Shown: piece after piece, positions 1 through 10,600 of the stretch | Position numbering within the stretch: the first letter of the stretch is position 1 | Layout of the letters: every line of letters begins with the position of its first letter | Assembly (NCBI GenBank): GCA_014905635.1 | Contig: JABVCE010000044.1 | Span: forward strand, 115,593-135,592 | Origin: Scenedesmus sp. PABB004 | Taxonomy: Eukaryota | Reading direction: 5' to 3' | DNA length: 20,000 nt | The notes under the pieces: model-generated | Told to the model about the DNA's origin: nothing | Databases searched by the model: none | What the model saw: the letters and a program-made list of their open reading frames with translations, nothing else | Translations under genes and position numbers: made by a program

Positions 1-42
1 TCGCTCGGGCCGACTGCCTGGCCGCGGCTCGTTTAACTGCAC

Positions 43-1459
43 TCAGCTGGCCGGCCCCGCGTCGGCCTCCCCCGCTGGGCGCCGCGCGTTGAGCGACAGC
101 GACCCCAGCGGGCAGAGCGCGGCCCCGGCGCCCCGCGGCGCCTCCTGCTGCTTGCTCCGCCACAGCAGCACGCTCGCGCGGGTGGCGGCTAGCAGGTCGG
201 TGATGGCGTCGGGCAGCAGCTTGCACTCGGGCGCGGTCAGCGCGAGGATATCGATGGCCTCCGCCTCCACCGCCTGCGGCAGCGCCGTCGCGGCCGGGTC
301 CCTGAACACGCGCTGCGCCGTGTAAAACTCGTTCACCGACGTCGCCACACCAAACTGCGTGAGCATGCGCGCCGCAGTCTCCTTGAGCTGCGCGCGGCGG
401 CGGGCGCGGCGGCGGGCGCGGCCTCAGGCCGCAGGTCTCCGCGGGCGCGGCCGGGCCCCCGACGCGGCGCGCGCGCCCTGGCAGCGCGCGCTCCGCTCCG
501 CGCGGCCGCCGCACCGCGCCGCTCGGCGCCGTCGCGGCGGTGACTGCGAGGTAGATGCTGTCGCGCTGCGCGTCGAGCTGGTCCATGAGCCAGCCGAGCA
601 CGTGGCGGCTGTTGCTCTGGCAGTCGAGCATGACCTTGAGCCCGCCGGCGCTGGCGCCGCCGAGGAAGGGGCCGCGGCTGTTCGCCTTGACCACCAGCAC
701 CGGGCAGCAGCGCAGCGACTTGGCCAGCCGCAATGCGAAGCTGCCGGCCGCGGGCAGCGGGTCGCCGCGCGTGCCTAGGGCGGCGGCGGCGGCGGCGGCG
801 GCGGTCGCGCCGCGCCGGCGCGGCCGCTGCGCGGCGGCCGGCGCCGCTGGCGACACCGCGGCCGCGCACCTGCCGCGCACAGGTTGTGCGAGCCGACGAC
901 CACGAGGTCGGCCATCACGGCGGCCGCATGCTGCCGCACGACGTCGGCCAGCCGCGCGTCGCCCTTGACCAGCACCTGCGGCGGACGCACATTCACTGAG
1001 CCGGCCCCGCCCCTCGGCGCCGCGCGCGGCGCGCGGCTTGCGCGCTCGCGGCGCACCACGGGCGTGACGGTGTTGGCGCACGGCTCCGCCGCGTGTGGCG
1101 CGAGCAGCGCCTCTCCGCCCACGACGCCCTCCGGGGTCATCGCCACGGTGACGAGCTGAAGCTCGTCGCGCGGGCGCAGCAGCGCCCGCGCCATGCGCAC
1201 CGCCAGCCGGGTGGCGTGGTTGTTGGCCACCAGCACCACGACCACGCTGCCTGCGCGGCGGCGGCAGCAGCGGCCAGGGCACGAGCTTGTCGGCCGTGGT
1301 CTGCCAGTACGTGCCACAGCCGTTCACGTGCGCAGGCAGCGCGCCGCGCGCCGGCCGGCGCGTGCGCAGGCGCTCGCGCGCCAGCCGGCCACGCGCCGCC
1401 GGCCGCGCACCGCGGCGAATGGACTGCCTCAAGCTGGAGGAGTGGAGTAGGGCCGCCAT
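43..1459 (-). CDS. Tandem universal stress protein (USP/UspA-like) domain protein, ~317 aa, 5 exons: 1459-1411, 1250-1057, 975-870, 774-515, 387-43
   Basis: GT-AG joins are phase-consistent. Spliced product shows USP features: N-terminal strand VVVVLVANN..AVRMA..L..RDELQLVTV, VLVKGDARLADVV..ADLVVVGSH, GSFALRLAKSLRCCPVLVVK, then a second degenerate repeat ending DILALTA..ITDLLAATRASVLLWR. Exon 1 is the least certain. Confidence 0.75.
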
Positions 1460-1758
1460 CGCGCCGTGGAGCCGCGCTCCGAGCTGTTGACCGCGCGGCG
1501 CGTGTGCGTCCCTGCGTGTGGCCGAGCTGGTCGGCGCTCAGATTCAAGCTGCTGGGCGGCGCCGCGAGCAACTGGGCAAGCGCTGCGCCGCCTGGGCCCC
1601 GCGGCTGCGCCGCCACGCCGCCGCGACGCCGTGCCGCCGCCGCCGGCCTGGGCCCCAGCGCGCTCGGCGGTGTGGCCAGTCCGCGTCTCCCGTCCTCCGA
1701 GCGCCGCCGCCTGCATCCTGCGGTCCGCCCAGCCACACACGCGCGGGACCACACAGCG
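1460..1758. promoter_or_regulatory. Putative bidirectional promoter / 5'UTRs between the USP-like gene and FKBP18
   Basis: Divergent start codons at 1459 (-) and 1759 (+), 299 bp of intervening sequence. No specific motif identified. Confidence 0.45.
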
Positions 1759-3046
1759 ATGCGCGCGCTGGCGCAGCGCCCGGGCGCCTTTGGCGCCGGC
1801 CCGGCGCCCCGGCAGTCGCGCCACCCGCGCGCGCGTCTCGAATGCAGCTGCAGCGCCGCGCCGGGGCCCAGCAGCCGGCGGGACGCGCTGCTGCTGGGCC
1901 TGGCCGCTGCTGCCGCGCCCGCGCTGCTGCCATTGCCGGCGCAGGCCGGGTGAGACGCGCCGCGACTGGCCCGGCGCAACCGCGCCGGCGGCCGGGCGGC
2001 ACCGCGCAGCGCTGCCCGCCGTGCCGCGCCGCGGCGACGCGCCGCCGCCGGTGCCCCGCTCCGTCGCGCAGCTTCAAGAAGGAGCTCAAAAAGCGCAAGG
2101 TGCCGCTGGAGGACTACAGCGTCTCGGGTGCGGCGCGCACCGGCGCGAACAGGCGGCGCGTGCCCCCTCCAGCCACGGCCTTCGCGGACCGCCGCCGGCC
2201 GCGAGCGCGCGCCCCACCCACCTGCGCGCCCCGGCGCCGTGCGCGCGCAGAGGTGGACGGGCTGCGCTTCTTCGACTCCGAGCCGGGGCGGGGGCGGGAG
2301 GTCAAGGCGGGCGACAAAGTCGTGGTGCGGCTCCGCAGCGCAGCGCCGCGCCGCCGCTCTGCGCGGCGCAGCGCTTCGGCCGCCGCGGCTCACGCGCGCC
2401 GTCGCGGTGCGTGCGCGCGCGCCGCCGGCAGGTCCACTTTGACTGCAAGTTCAAGGGCATCGACGCGGTGTCCAGCCGCTACGCGCGCACGCTCGGCGGC
2501 AACCGCACAATCGCAGAGGTGGCCGTCGCGCGGCGGCGGCGCGCGGCGGCGGGCGCGCGGCCAGCGCGACGCGCGCGCAGCGGGGGCGGCGCGCTGACCC
2601 GCCCCGCCCCGTCGCGCCGCACCGCCCTGCGCCGTGCGTGCCCCGCCCTGCCCCGTGCTGCGCAGCCGTTTGAGCTCGTCGCGGGCGGGCCGATCACGCT
2701 CAACATTGTGCGCGCGGGCGACACCGCGGGCGGGCTCTTTGCCGGCGGCTCGGGGCCCAAGCCGCCGCCCGCGCTCTCCACGGCAGTCATCGGCATGAAG
2801 GCCGGCGGCCGGGTGCGCCGCCGCGGCGGCGCGGCGCGGCGCGGCGCAGGCGGCAGGATGGGCGGCCGGCGCGGCCGGCCGACGCGCCGCCCGCGCGCCC
2901 GCGCGCGCGCGCGCGCGCCGCAGCGCGTGGTCTACGTTGACAAGGCGGAGCTGGGCTACACGCAGGGCAACCAGGAGATCCCCGCGGGCGCCGCGTTCCA
3001 GCTCGAGGTGGAGGTCCTCTCGGTGCTGAGCGCGGGCAGCGGCTGA
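1759..3046 (+). CDS. FKBP18: Chloroplast thylakoid FKBP-type peptidyl-prolyl isomerase, FKBP18-like, ~225 aa, 6 exons: 1759-1949, 2072-2127, 2251-2324, 2432-2518, 2666-2812, 2924-3046
   Basis: Transit peptide plus twin-arginine lumen signal ([25 protein letters not shown]). Motifs KVPLEDY, GLRFFD, VHFDCKFKGI, GNRTIAEPFE, GLFAGGSGPKPPPAL..GMKAGGRR, EIPAGAAFQLEVEVL match plant FKBP18 as I recall it. All five introns are GT-AG and in phase. Confidence 0.88.
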
Positions 3047-3487
3047 CGCGCGCAGCGGCGCTGGCGGCGGCGGCGCACCGCGCTGGGACACGCGCTGGGC
3101 AGGCCTGCTCGAGTGACACAGCGCTCGACCAGATGACGGCGCGCGCGCTACAGCCAGCCGCCGCCGCGGCGCGTCAGGCGTCCGCTCGCTCGCTCGCTCC
3201 CGCACAGTCCTCCTCCGGCGGAGCAGCGCCCGGGAGGCAGCGCCAGCGTCGCGCCGCGCCCGCTGCCCGCGTGCGATTTTTCGAGCGAGCGCCGCGCTGC
3301 GGCGGCCGTCCACGGCGCCCGCGCTACGCGACACGACGCGCGTGGGTGCGCGGTGGGTGCACCACCGGCCGGCTCGCTCGCAGCGCAGCACGGCGCAGCG
3401 CCCGCCGGGGGGGGGGGCGCCCCTCAGCGCCGCCGCTGCGCGCCGCGCCGCCGCAGGGCGTGGGCGTGGCCCGCCGGCAGTGCGATC

Positions 3488-5998
3488 ATGGCGAGTCCCT
3501 CCTTCCCGGGGGCGAGCCGCTGCGCCGGCCCAGCCGCGCGCGCCCCGGCGCCCGCGGCGCCGCGGCGGCGCGCTGCGCTCCTGCTGCTCGCGCTCGCGCT
3601 CGCGCGGGCGGCGGCTGCGACGACGCAGGACGCGTACGCAGGTGCGGCTCGCGTGGTCGGGCCACTCCGCTCCCGGCAGCGCCGCCCGACCAGCGGCCAG
3701 GGCGCGCCAGCCGCGCCCGGCGTGCGCGCGCCGTGTCGCGGCCGGGCCCACACCTCGCCCGTGGCGCCGCGCGGCTCCGCGGCGCGCGCGCCCGCGCGCA
3801 GGCGAGCTGCAGCAGACGGCGGTGCACCGCAAGGAGGGGGCGCGGCATGAGCACGGGCGGGGCGGCAACGGCACGGCGGAGGCGTCGCACGTGCAGCTGT
3901 TCCACCTGCGCCGCCGCTCCGGCGAGCTCGTGCGGCTCCACTTCACACAGCCCCCCACGCAGGCGCGCAGCGGGCCGCGCCGCGCGCTCAGCGCGCGAAG
4001 CGTGACGCGCCGCGCTGGCCGCGCGCCGACGGCGCCGGCCCCCACCGCCGCACGCAGGTGCCGCGCAGCGGCGCGCACGTCGTCGTGCAGACGCAGCCGC
4101 GCGAGGCGTGCGGCCTGGCCTCCGACGCCGCGGGCCTGTGCGTTGCGAGCATCAGCACGCAAGAGGGTGCGCCGCCGGGCGCTGCCGGGGCCCAACCCCT
4201 GCCAGCGCCCACGCGCGCGCCGCGGCGCGCGCCAGGGGCCCTGACCGCCGCACGCTGCCCGCGCGCCGCCCGCCTCTAGAGGCGCCGCGCGACGTCTTTC
4301 TGCCGGACCAGCCGCGCGGCGAGGTGAAGATGAAAGCCCTGGTCATGCAGCTGCAGGCGCGGCGCAGCAGCCGCCGGCTCGGGGCGCCCGCGCGCGGCCC
4401 ACCGACGCGGCCCACCGACGCGGCCCGCCGACGCGGCCGCCCTGCCGGGCCTCGGGCGGCGCCAGGTGTGCGGGGAGGGCCCCGCGACCACCCCCGAGAA
4501 CCTCACCGCCGCGCTGTTCGAGGGCCAGCCCGGCAGCCCCGCGCAGACGGTGGAGGGCATGCTGCGGTCGTGCTCCTACAGCGCCGCCGAGTTCAGCCTC
4601 GCCCTCGGCAGCCGCGTCGTCGCCGCGGTCGTGCCCATCCCCTGCACCGGCAAGACGCCCTGGGGCGCCGCGTACGACAGCGCGGCCTGCCCCTTCACGG
4701 GTGCGCGCGCCCGCCGCCGCCGCGCCGGCCGCCGCCCGGCCGCCGCCCCGAGCCCGCCGCCCTTGCCTCGCCGCCCTTCGCCTCGCCGCCCGGCCGCCGC
4801 CGCGGACCGCGCGCAGAGTGGTCGGACGTTGCCAACGAGTACGTGCGCACCGTGCTGGGCATCGAGTGGAGCGAGTACAAGTACAAGGTCTACGTGGTGC
4901 CCCCCGGCGACCTCTGCGCCTGGGGCGGCATGGGCTGGGTCGGCTGCCGCGACGACTGCCGCGCCTGGGTCAGCGGCGACCTCTGGCAGGCGCGCGCGGC
5001 GCCGGCGCCGGCGCCGGCGGCGAGCCCCTCGCGCGCGCGCCCCGCCGCGCCCCGCCCCACCCCGCGCGCCGCGCGCGCGCCCTGCGACCGTGCAGTTTCC
5101 CACCACCTGGCTGCACGAGCTTGGGCACAACCTTTACTTAAACCATGCGGGCAGCTTCCAGGCGCCCCCCGGCGGCGGCGCGCCGGCGTACGTCGCCTAC
5201 AAGGACGACAGCGGCGCGATGGGGCACTGCTGCAGCACGCGCTGCTTCAACGCGCCGCACAGCTTCCAGCTCGGCTGGAGCCGCCCCATCGACGTGCTCA
5301 CCAAGGACAGCCTGCCGCCGGGTGCGGCCGGCCGCGCGCGTGCGGCGGCGGCGGCTGGCGCTCGGCGGCCCACGCGCCACCGCCGCACGCGCGCCACGCC
5401 GCGCGGCGCGCAGGCGAGTGGCGGAGCTTCACTCTGCCGCCGCGCGCGGGGCCGGGCGCGGCCGCGGCCAACCTGCTGCGCGTCCGCGGCGACTGGGCGG
5501 GCGAGGCCTCGGGGCACAACCTCTTCTTAGAGTATCGGTGAGGTTGAGCGCCGCGTGTGGGCCGGCGGCGCGCCGCACGCCGCGCCGGGGCGGGGGCGGG
5601 GCGGGTCCGACGCCGCGCCCGCCGACCGCCGCCCGCGCCGCGCGCGCCGCCGCGGCGCCGCCAGGCGCGGCGCCGACTATGACGGCGGGCTGCTCGGCAG
5701 CGTGCGGGACAAGGTGACGCTCTACAGCACGCCCGTGGGCGACGCGATGCCGTTCACGACGCTCGAGGGCGCGGTGGGGGCGCACCAGATGCTGACTGAG
5801 TCGCGGCTCGGCTCGCGGCTCGCGGTCTGGGTCGGCGACGCGGGCGCCGCCGGCGCGGCCGTGCGCGTGTGCCGCCCCGCGGCCGAGCGCGAGGCCGACT
5901 GCGGCGACGGCCGCGACGACGACTGCGACGGGCTCACCGACGGCGAGGACCCCGACTGCGCGCCCGCGCTCTCGCGGCGCCTGCTGCTCCAGCTCTAG
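3488..5998 (+). CDS. Secreted metzincin, peptidase M11 (gametolysin/autolysin-like), ~530 aa, 9 exons: 3488-3641, 3802-3962, 4058-4166, 4280-4356, 4466-4700, 4817-4989, 5096-5321, 5414-5537, 5665-5998
   Basis: Hydrophobic signal-like stretch ALLLLALALARAAAA; MLRSCSYS; VYVVPPGDLCAWGGMGWVGC; zinc motif HELGHNLYLNH; Y.DDSGAMG Met-turn; CFNAPHSFQLGW. Three introns need GC donors (3963, 4357, 4990). Confidence 0.88.
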
Positions 5999-6540
5999 CC
6001 TGCGCCAGCGGCAGTGTTTCATCATCATAAGCAGGGCGGCGAGATTTCAGCGTCAGAGCCGGCGCGCGGCCCTTTTTGTTCGTGCAGAGCGCGCACCGAC
6101 GGCGCGTGTACAGTGCAGCGGCGGTGTGCAGCGCGGCGAGGGGGGGGGGGGAGATTGTTGCGGCCACAGCGCCCTCAGCGCCGGCCCAAGGCCTGCCGCG
6201 ACGCCCCGCACGCCATCGCGTGCGGTGCGCTGGATCGCTTCCTGCAGGCGGTGCTGTTCCTTGTTGTGCTTTGATTATTTATTCATATTGCCTGGCGCGA
6301 GCCGGGCCTGTCCGCGCGGATACCCGTGCGGCGCCCGGCGCGCGCGTTGCAACAGCGGTGACGTCGGCTGGTGAACCGCCGCTGATCGCTCGTTGTTTTA
6401 TCCCTCCGTGGCGCCGGCGGCAGGTAGAGAGCGCCGAGCCCCGCAAGCCGGCAGCAGCGGCAGCAGCATCGCAGGCGGCCGATGGCTGCGGGCTGAGTTG
6501 CGGGCGCCCGCGCGGGCAGCAGCAGCGGCCGGCGGCGGCG

Positions 6541-7610
6541 ATGGCGTCGCAGGATGCAGCCGTGGCCTACTACTTTGCGGCCGTGTCGGCGGCGTGCGTG
6601 GCGCAGGGCGCCACGCTGGCGCTGAGCTGGCGCGGCAGGGCGGCGGCGGCGGTCGCCGATGCAGCGCCGGGCGGCCCGCCCGAGAACTACGAGCACAAGT
6701 ACAGGTGACCGCCGGCGAGCTGCCCGCTCTCCGGCCATGGAGCGCGTCCGACGCCGCCGCGCCTGGGTCGCAGGGGCTTCAAGTACGGCCGCACAGCCGC
6801 CTTCGCCGCGCTCACGCTGCTCCAGCTCGGCCTCACCGGCTGGCGCTGCGCGGCGCACTGGGGGGGCCTCAGCCCCATCGACTGGGCCAACCTCCTGGTC
6901 CTGGCCGCCTACAGCGGCACGCTGGTGCGCGCGGGGCGGGCGGCGGGCGCTCGCGCAGGGACAGCAACCGCAGCGCGGCGCGCAGCAGGCGGCGGCGGCG
7001 GCGAGCCGGCGGCGGCGACAAGCCGATGCGGCCGCCGCCGCAGGTGGTGCTGGTGCGCACGTGGCCGTGGCAGCTGTCGCTGCGGCTGAGCGGCGTGCTG
7101 CTGCTGGCGCTGCTCGAGCCGGGGCTGCTCTTTGCGGAAGACGTGACTGTGGTCCAGCCGGGCGGCGCGCTCGACGCGGAGCACGTCGCGCGGTGCGGCC
7201 GCGTTCGGCAGCGGCACGGGGGCGCCGCACGGCGCGGCCGGGTCGGCGGCAGGCACCCGCCGCCGCCGCCGCCTCGGCCGACTGCAGTGCCTGCCGCCGC
7301 CGCCCGCAGCGTCGTCGTGCACGGCGTGCAGCTGGTGCTGCTGCTCGGGCTGGTCATTGCCGAGCTCATCATCCAGCAGCACCAGCTCCTGCAGCGCAGC
7401 ACGTTTGTGACCAGCGGCGCGGCGGCGGGCCTCGCGGCGCGCCTCAATGGCGCGAGCCCCAGCGCCGCGGCCGCTGCGGCCGCCGCCGCGGCGCGCGGCA
7501 GCGGCGGCTTCTTCGGCTGGGGCGCAGCGCCGGGCGGCTACGAGCGCCTGCCGAGCGACGCAGAGGAGGGCAAGCCGCGCCGCGTGCCGCGCCTCTGGTG
7601 CGCGCGCCGC

Positions 7611-7644
<34 letters not shown>

Positions 7645-10600
7645 GCGCGGGGGCCGGCCGCCGCACCGCCGCTCACGCGCGCGCCCTGCCTCCCCGCCGC
7701 CGCCGCCACACCGCGCCGCGCGTGCCGCCGCGCAGGCAGCCCGGCGACAGCCGCTGGGCCATGGCGGCGAGCGCGTTCAGCTTTGTGTGGCCCTCCACGC
7801 CCATCCTGCGCGCGCGGCTCGCCGCCTGCCTGCTGCTCATCCTCGCCGAGCGCGCCATCAACCTCGCCGCGCCCATCGCGTTCAAGCACATGGTCGAGGC
7901 GCTCAGCGACGTCACAGCCGCCGCGGCGGCGGCCGCCGCGGACCCCGCCGCCGGCGGAGCCGGCGGCGCCGGCGGCGGCGACGGCGACGGCGGCGGCGGT
8001 GCCGCGCCCGGCGGGCGCCTGCTGCGCGCGCTGCTCGCGGCCGCGGCGGCGGGCGGCGCGGCGCCGAGCGCGGCGGCGCGGGCCGCGCTCGCGGCCGCGT
8101 CGGCCGCGGCGGCGCGCGGCGGCGGCGCGGGCGGCGGGCTGGTGGGGCTGGTGGGGCTGGTCGCTCCCTTCTGGGGCCTGTTCTACCCCTGGGTGCTCGT
8201 CTACCTCGCCGCATTCCTGCTGCGCGGCGGCAGCGGCGCGGAGGGCCTGCTGGCCAACGTGCGGGACCTGCTCTGGATCCCAATCACCCAGGTGGGCGGT
8301 GCGGCGCAAGGCGGCGGCCTGCGCACCTGCGCCTGCGCCGCGCCCGCGCGCCGCCGCGCCGGCCGGCGCCCGCGCCGCACCCGCGCGCCGCACCCACGCG
8401 CCGCGCGCCGCGCCGCGAGTCGCGCCAGGCCGCGTTTTGCCGCATCAGCTGCGACGTGTTTGGGCACCTCCTCGCGCTCGACCTCCACTTCCACGTCCAC
8501 CGCCGCACGGGGCAGATCATGCGCATCCTCGACCGCGGCACCAGCAGCATACAGGCGCGGCGTGCAGGGGCGCAGGGGGCGCCGCCGGGGGTGCTGGGCG
8601 CGGCGGCGGGCGGCGGCGGGCTCGCCGGGGGCGGCGGCCGCGCCCGCGCCCGGCGCGCGCCCGGCGCGCGCGCGGCGCCGGCGTGCCGGCCGCCCACAGC
8701 CCCCCGCGGCGGCGGCGGCGGCGCGCAGGACACGGTCGAGGTGGTGCTGTTCAACGTGCTGCCGCAGCTCGTCGACATCGCCGTCGCGGTGGCCTACCTC
8801 GCCGCCGCGATGGCGCCCTGGGTCGGCGGCATCGTGCTCGTCACCGTCGGCGCCTACGTCCCGCTCACCATCTGCATCACCGAGCGCCGCGGCCGGGTGC
8901 GCGCGCCGCGCCGCCGCGCCGTGCCCACGCGCGCTGCGCCGCGCCGCCGCGCCGCGCGCTGTGCCGTCGCGCCCACGCGAGCCGGCTTCCACGAACCGCC
9001 CACCCACCCACCCACCCACCCACCCACCCACCCACCCACCCACCCACCCACCCACCCACCCACCCACCCACCCACCCACCCACCCACCCACCCACCCACA
9101 CGCCCCCGCCCCCCCCCCCAACACAAAAGGTGCGCAAGGTGATGAACGCGCTGGACAATGCGCGCGAGGGCCGCGCGACCGACGTGCTGCTCAACTACGA
9201 GACCGTCAAGATCTTTGGCGCGGAGGGCCTCGAGCTGCGCGGCTTCCACGACGCGACGACGCGCTACCAGGCGCGGCGGGCGGGCGGGGCAGGACTTGTT
9301 TGGGGGGAGGGGTTTGGGGAGGGGTGGGCAGGGGAGGGAGGGCGCAGGGCGCGGAGCACGCAGGGCGCGCGGCGCCCCCGGCTGACCGCCGGCTGATCCC
9401 CGCCGGCGCTGCCTGGTGTGTGCGTGACGTGTGGCGTGTGCCCCACCCGACACCCGGCGCAGGCGGCCGAGTACTGGCAGCTCGCGTTCCTGAGCCTGCT
9501 GAGCATGGTGCAGTCGGCGGTCGTGTGGCTCGGCCTCGCCGCGGGGCTGGTCGTGTGCGTGTGGGGCGCGAGCCGCGGCAGCCTCACCGTCGGCGACACG
9601 GTGCGCGCACGCGCGCGCGCGCAGGGCAGGGCAGGGGGCGGGGGCTGTCCGCCGCGCCGCGCAGCGCGCGCGCGCCGCACGTCCGCGGTCAACCCCCCCC
9701 CCCCCCCCCCCTCCCCCCCCGCGTGGGGTGTTGGTGTGCCCTCTCCTCGCCCTGGTGTCACGTGTCACATGCCCCTGGTGTCACGTGTCACATGCCCCTG
9801 GTGTCACGTGTCACGTGCCCCCCCCCCCCCCCCCCCACACACACACGTGCCCCCCCCCCCCACACACACACGCAGGTCCTGTTCCTGACCATGATGTCGC
9901 AGCTGTACGTCCCGCTCACCTACTTTGGCAGCTACTACAGACAGGCGCGGCCGCCCCGGCCCGACCCGCCGCGGGGCGCACGCGCCGCCGCCGCCAGCCT
10001 GCTGGGGCGCCGCCCCAAAGCACACACCCACCCACCCGCCCACCCACCCACCCACCCGCCCACCCACCCACCCACCCGCCCACCCACATGCCCCCCCCCC
10101 ATAAAACACCCCCGCCCCCCAGGTGACCAAGGCGCTCATCGACATGGAGAACATGTTTGAGCTCCTCGCCACAGCGCCGCGCGTCACCGACGCCCCCGGC
10201 GCGCGCCGCCTCGCCGTCACCGAGGGCCGCGTCGACTTCAGGGAGGTGCGCGGGACGCGCCCGCGCCCGGCCGCCACGCCACGCCACGCCGCGCGCGGCG
10301 CGCGCGGCGGCGCCCGGCGCTGCGCGGCCGCGCGCGCTCGCTCCCTCCGCGCCCGCCGCGCCACACACGAGCCGCCGCGCCGCGCCGCGCCCCCCCCCCC
10401 CCCCCTCAGGTTGTGTTCAGCTACACGCCGGGGCTGGGCGCGCCGGTGCTCAAGGGCGTCACGTTCACCGCGCCCGGCGGCAAGACGCTCGCCGTCGTCG
10501 GCAGCACCGGCAGCGGTGCGGACGCGCCGCCGCGCCGCCGCGCCCGCCCCCATCTATGCCCACCAACCACCTCACGAGCACCCACACCCCCCCCCCCCCC

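Noticed and set aside
1251..1410. Possible extra exon inside USP intron 1 (lower-GC stretch 1280-1330)
   Set aside because: I could not find a donor/acceptor pair that keeps the frame; the direct phase-1 join already works.
6014..6374. Small ORFs in the AT-richer M11-ABC spacer
   Set aside because: No recognisable domain or exon-like codon bias; the region fits 3'UTR plus promoter.
8999..9098. (PPTH)n or (GGWV)n repeat protein
   Set aside because: Translation of an intronic (CCCA)n microsatellite between two in-phase ABC exons.
9751..9819. CRISPR-like array
   Set aside because: Repeats are contiguous with no spacers, lie in a eukaryotic intron, and there are no cas genes.
6393..10160. 1255-aa ORF and the many other long overlapping ORFs on both strands (e.g. 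13194-16034, 15584-17389, 2390-4195)
   Set aside because: Stop codons are rare at this GC content; these are mosaics of exons, introns and antisense frames with Arg/Ala/Pro/Gly low-complexity translation.
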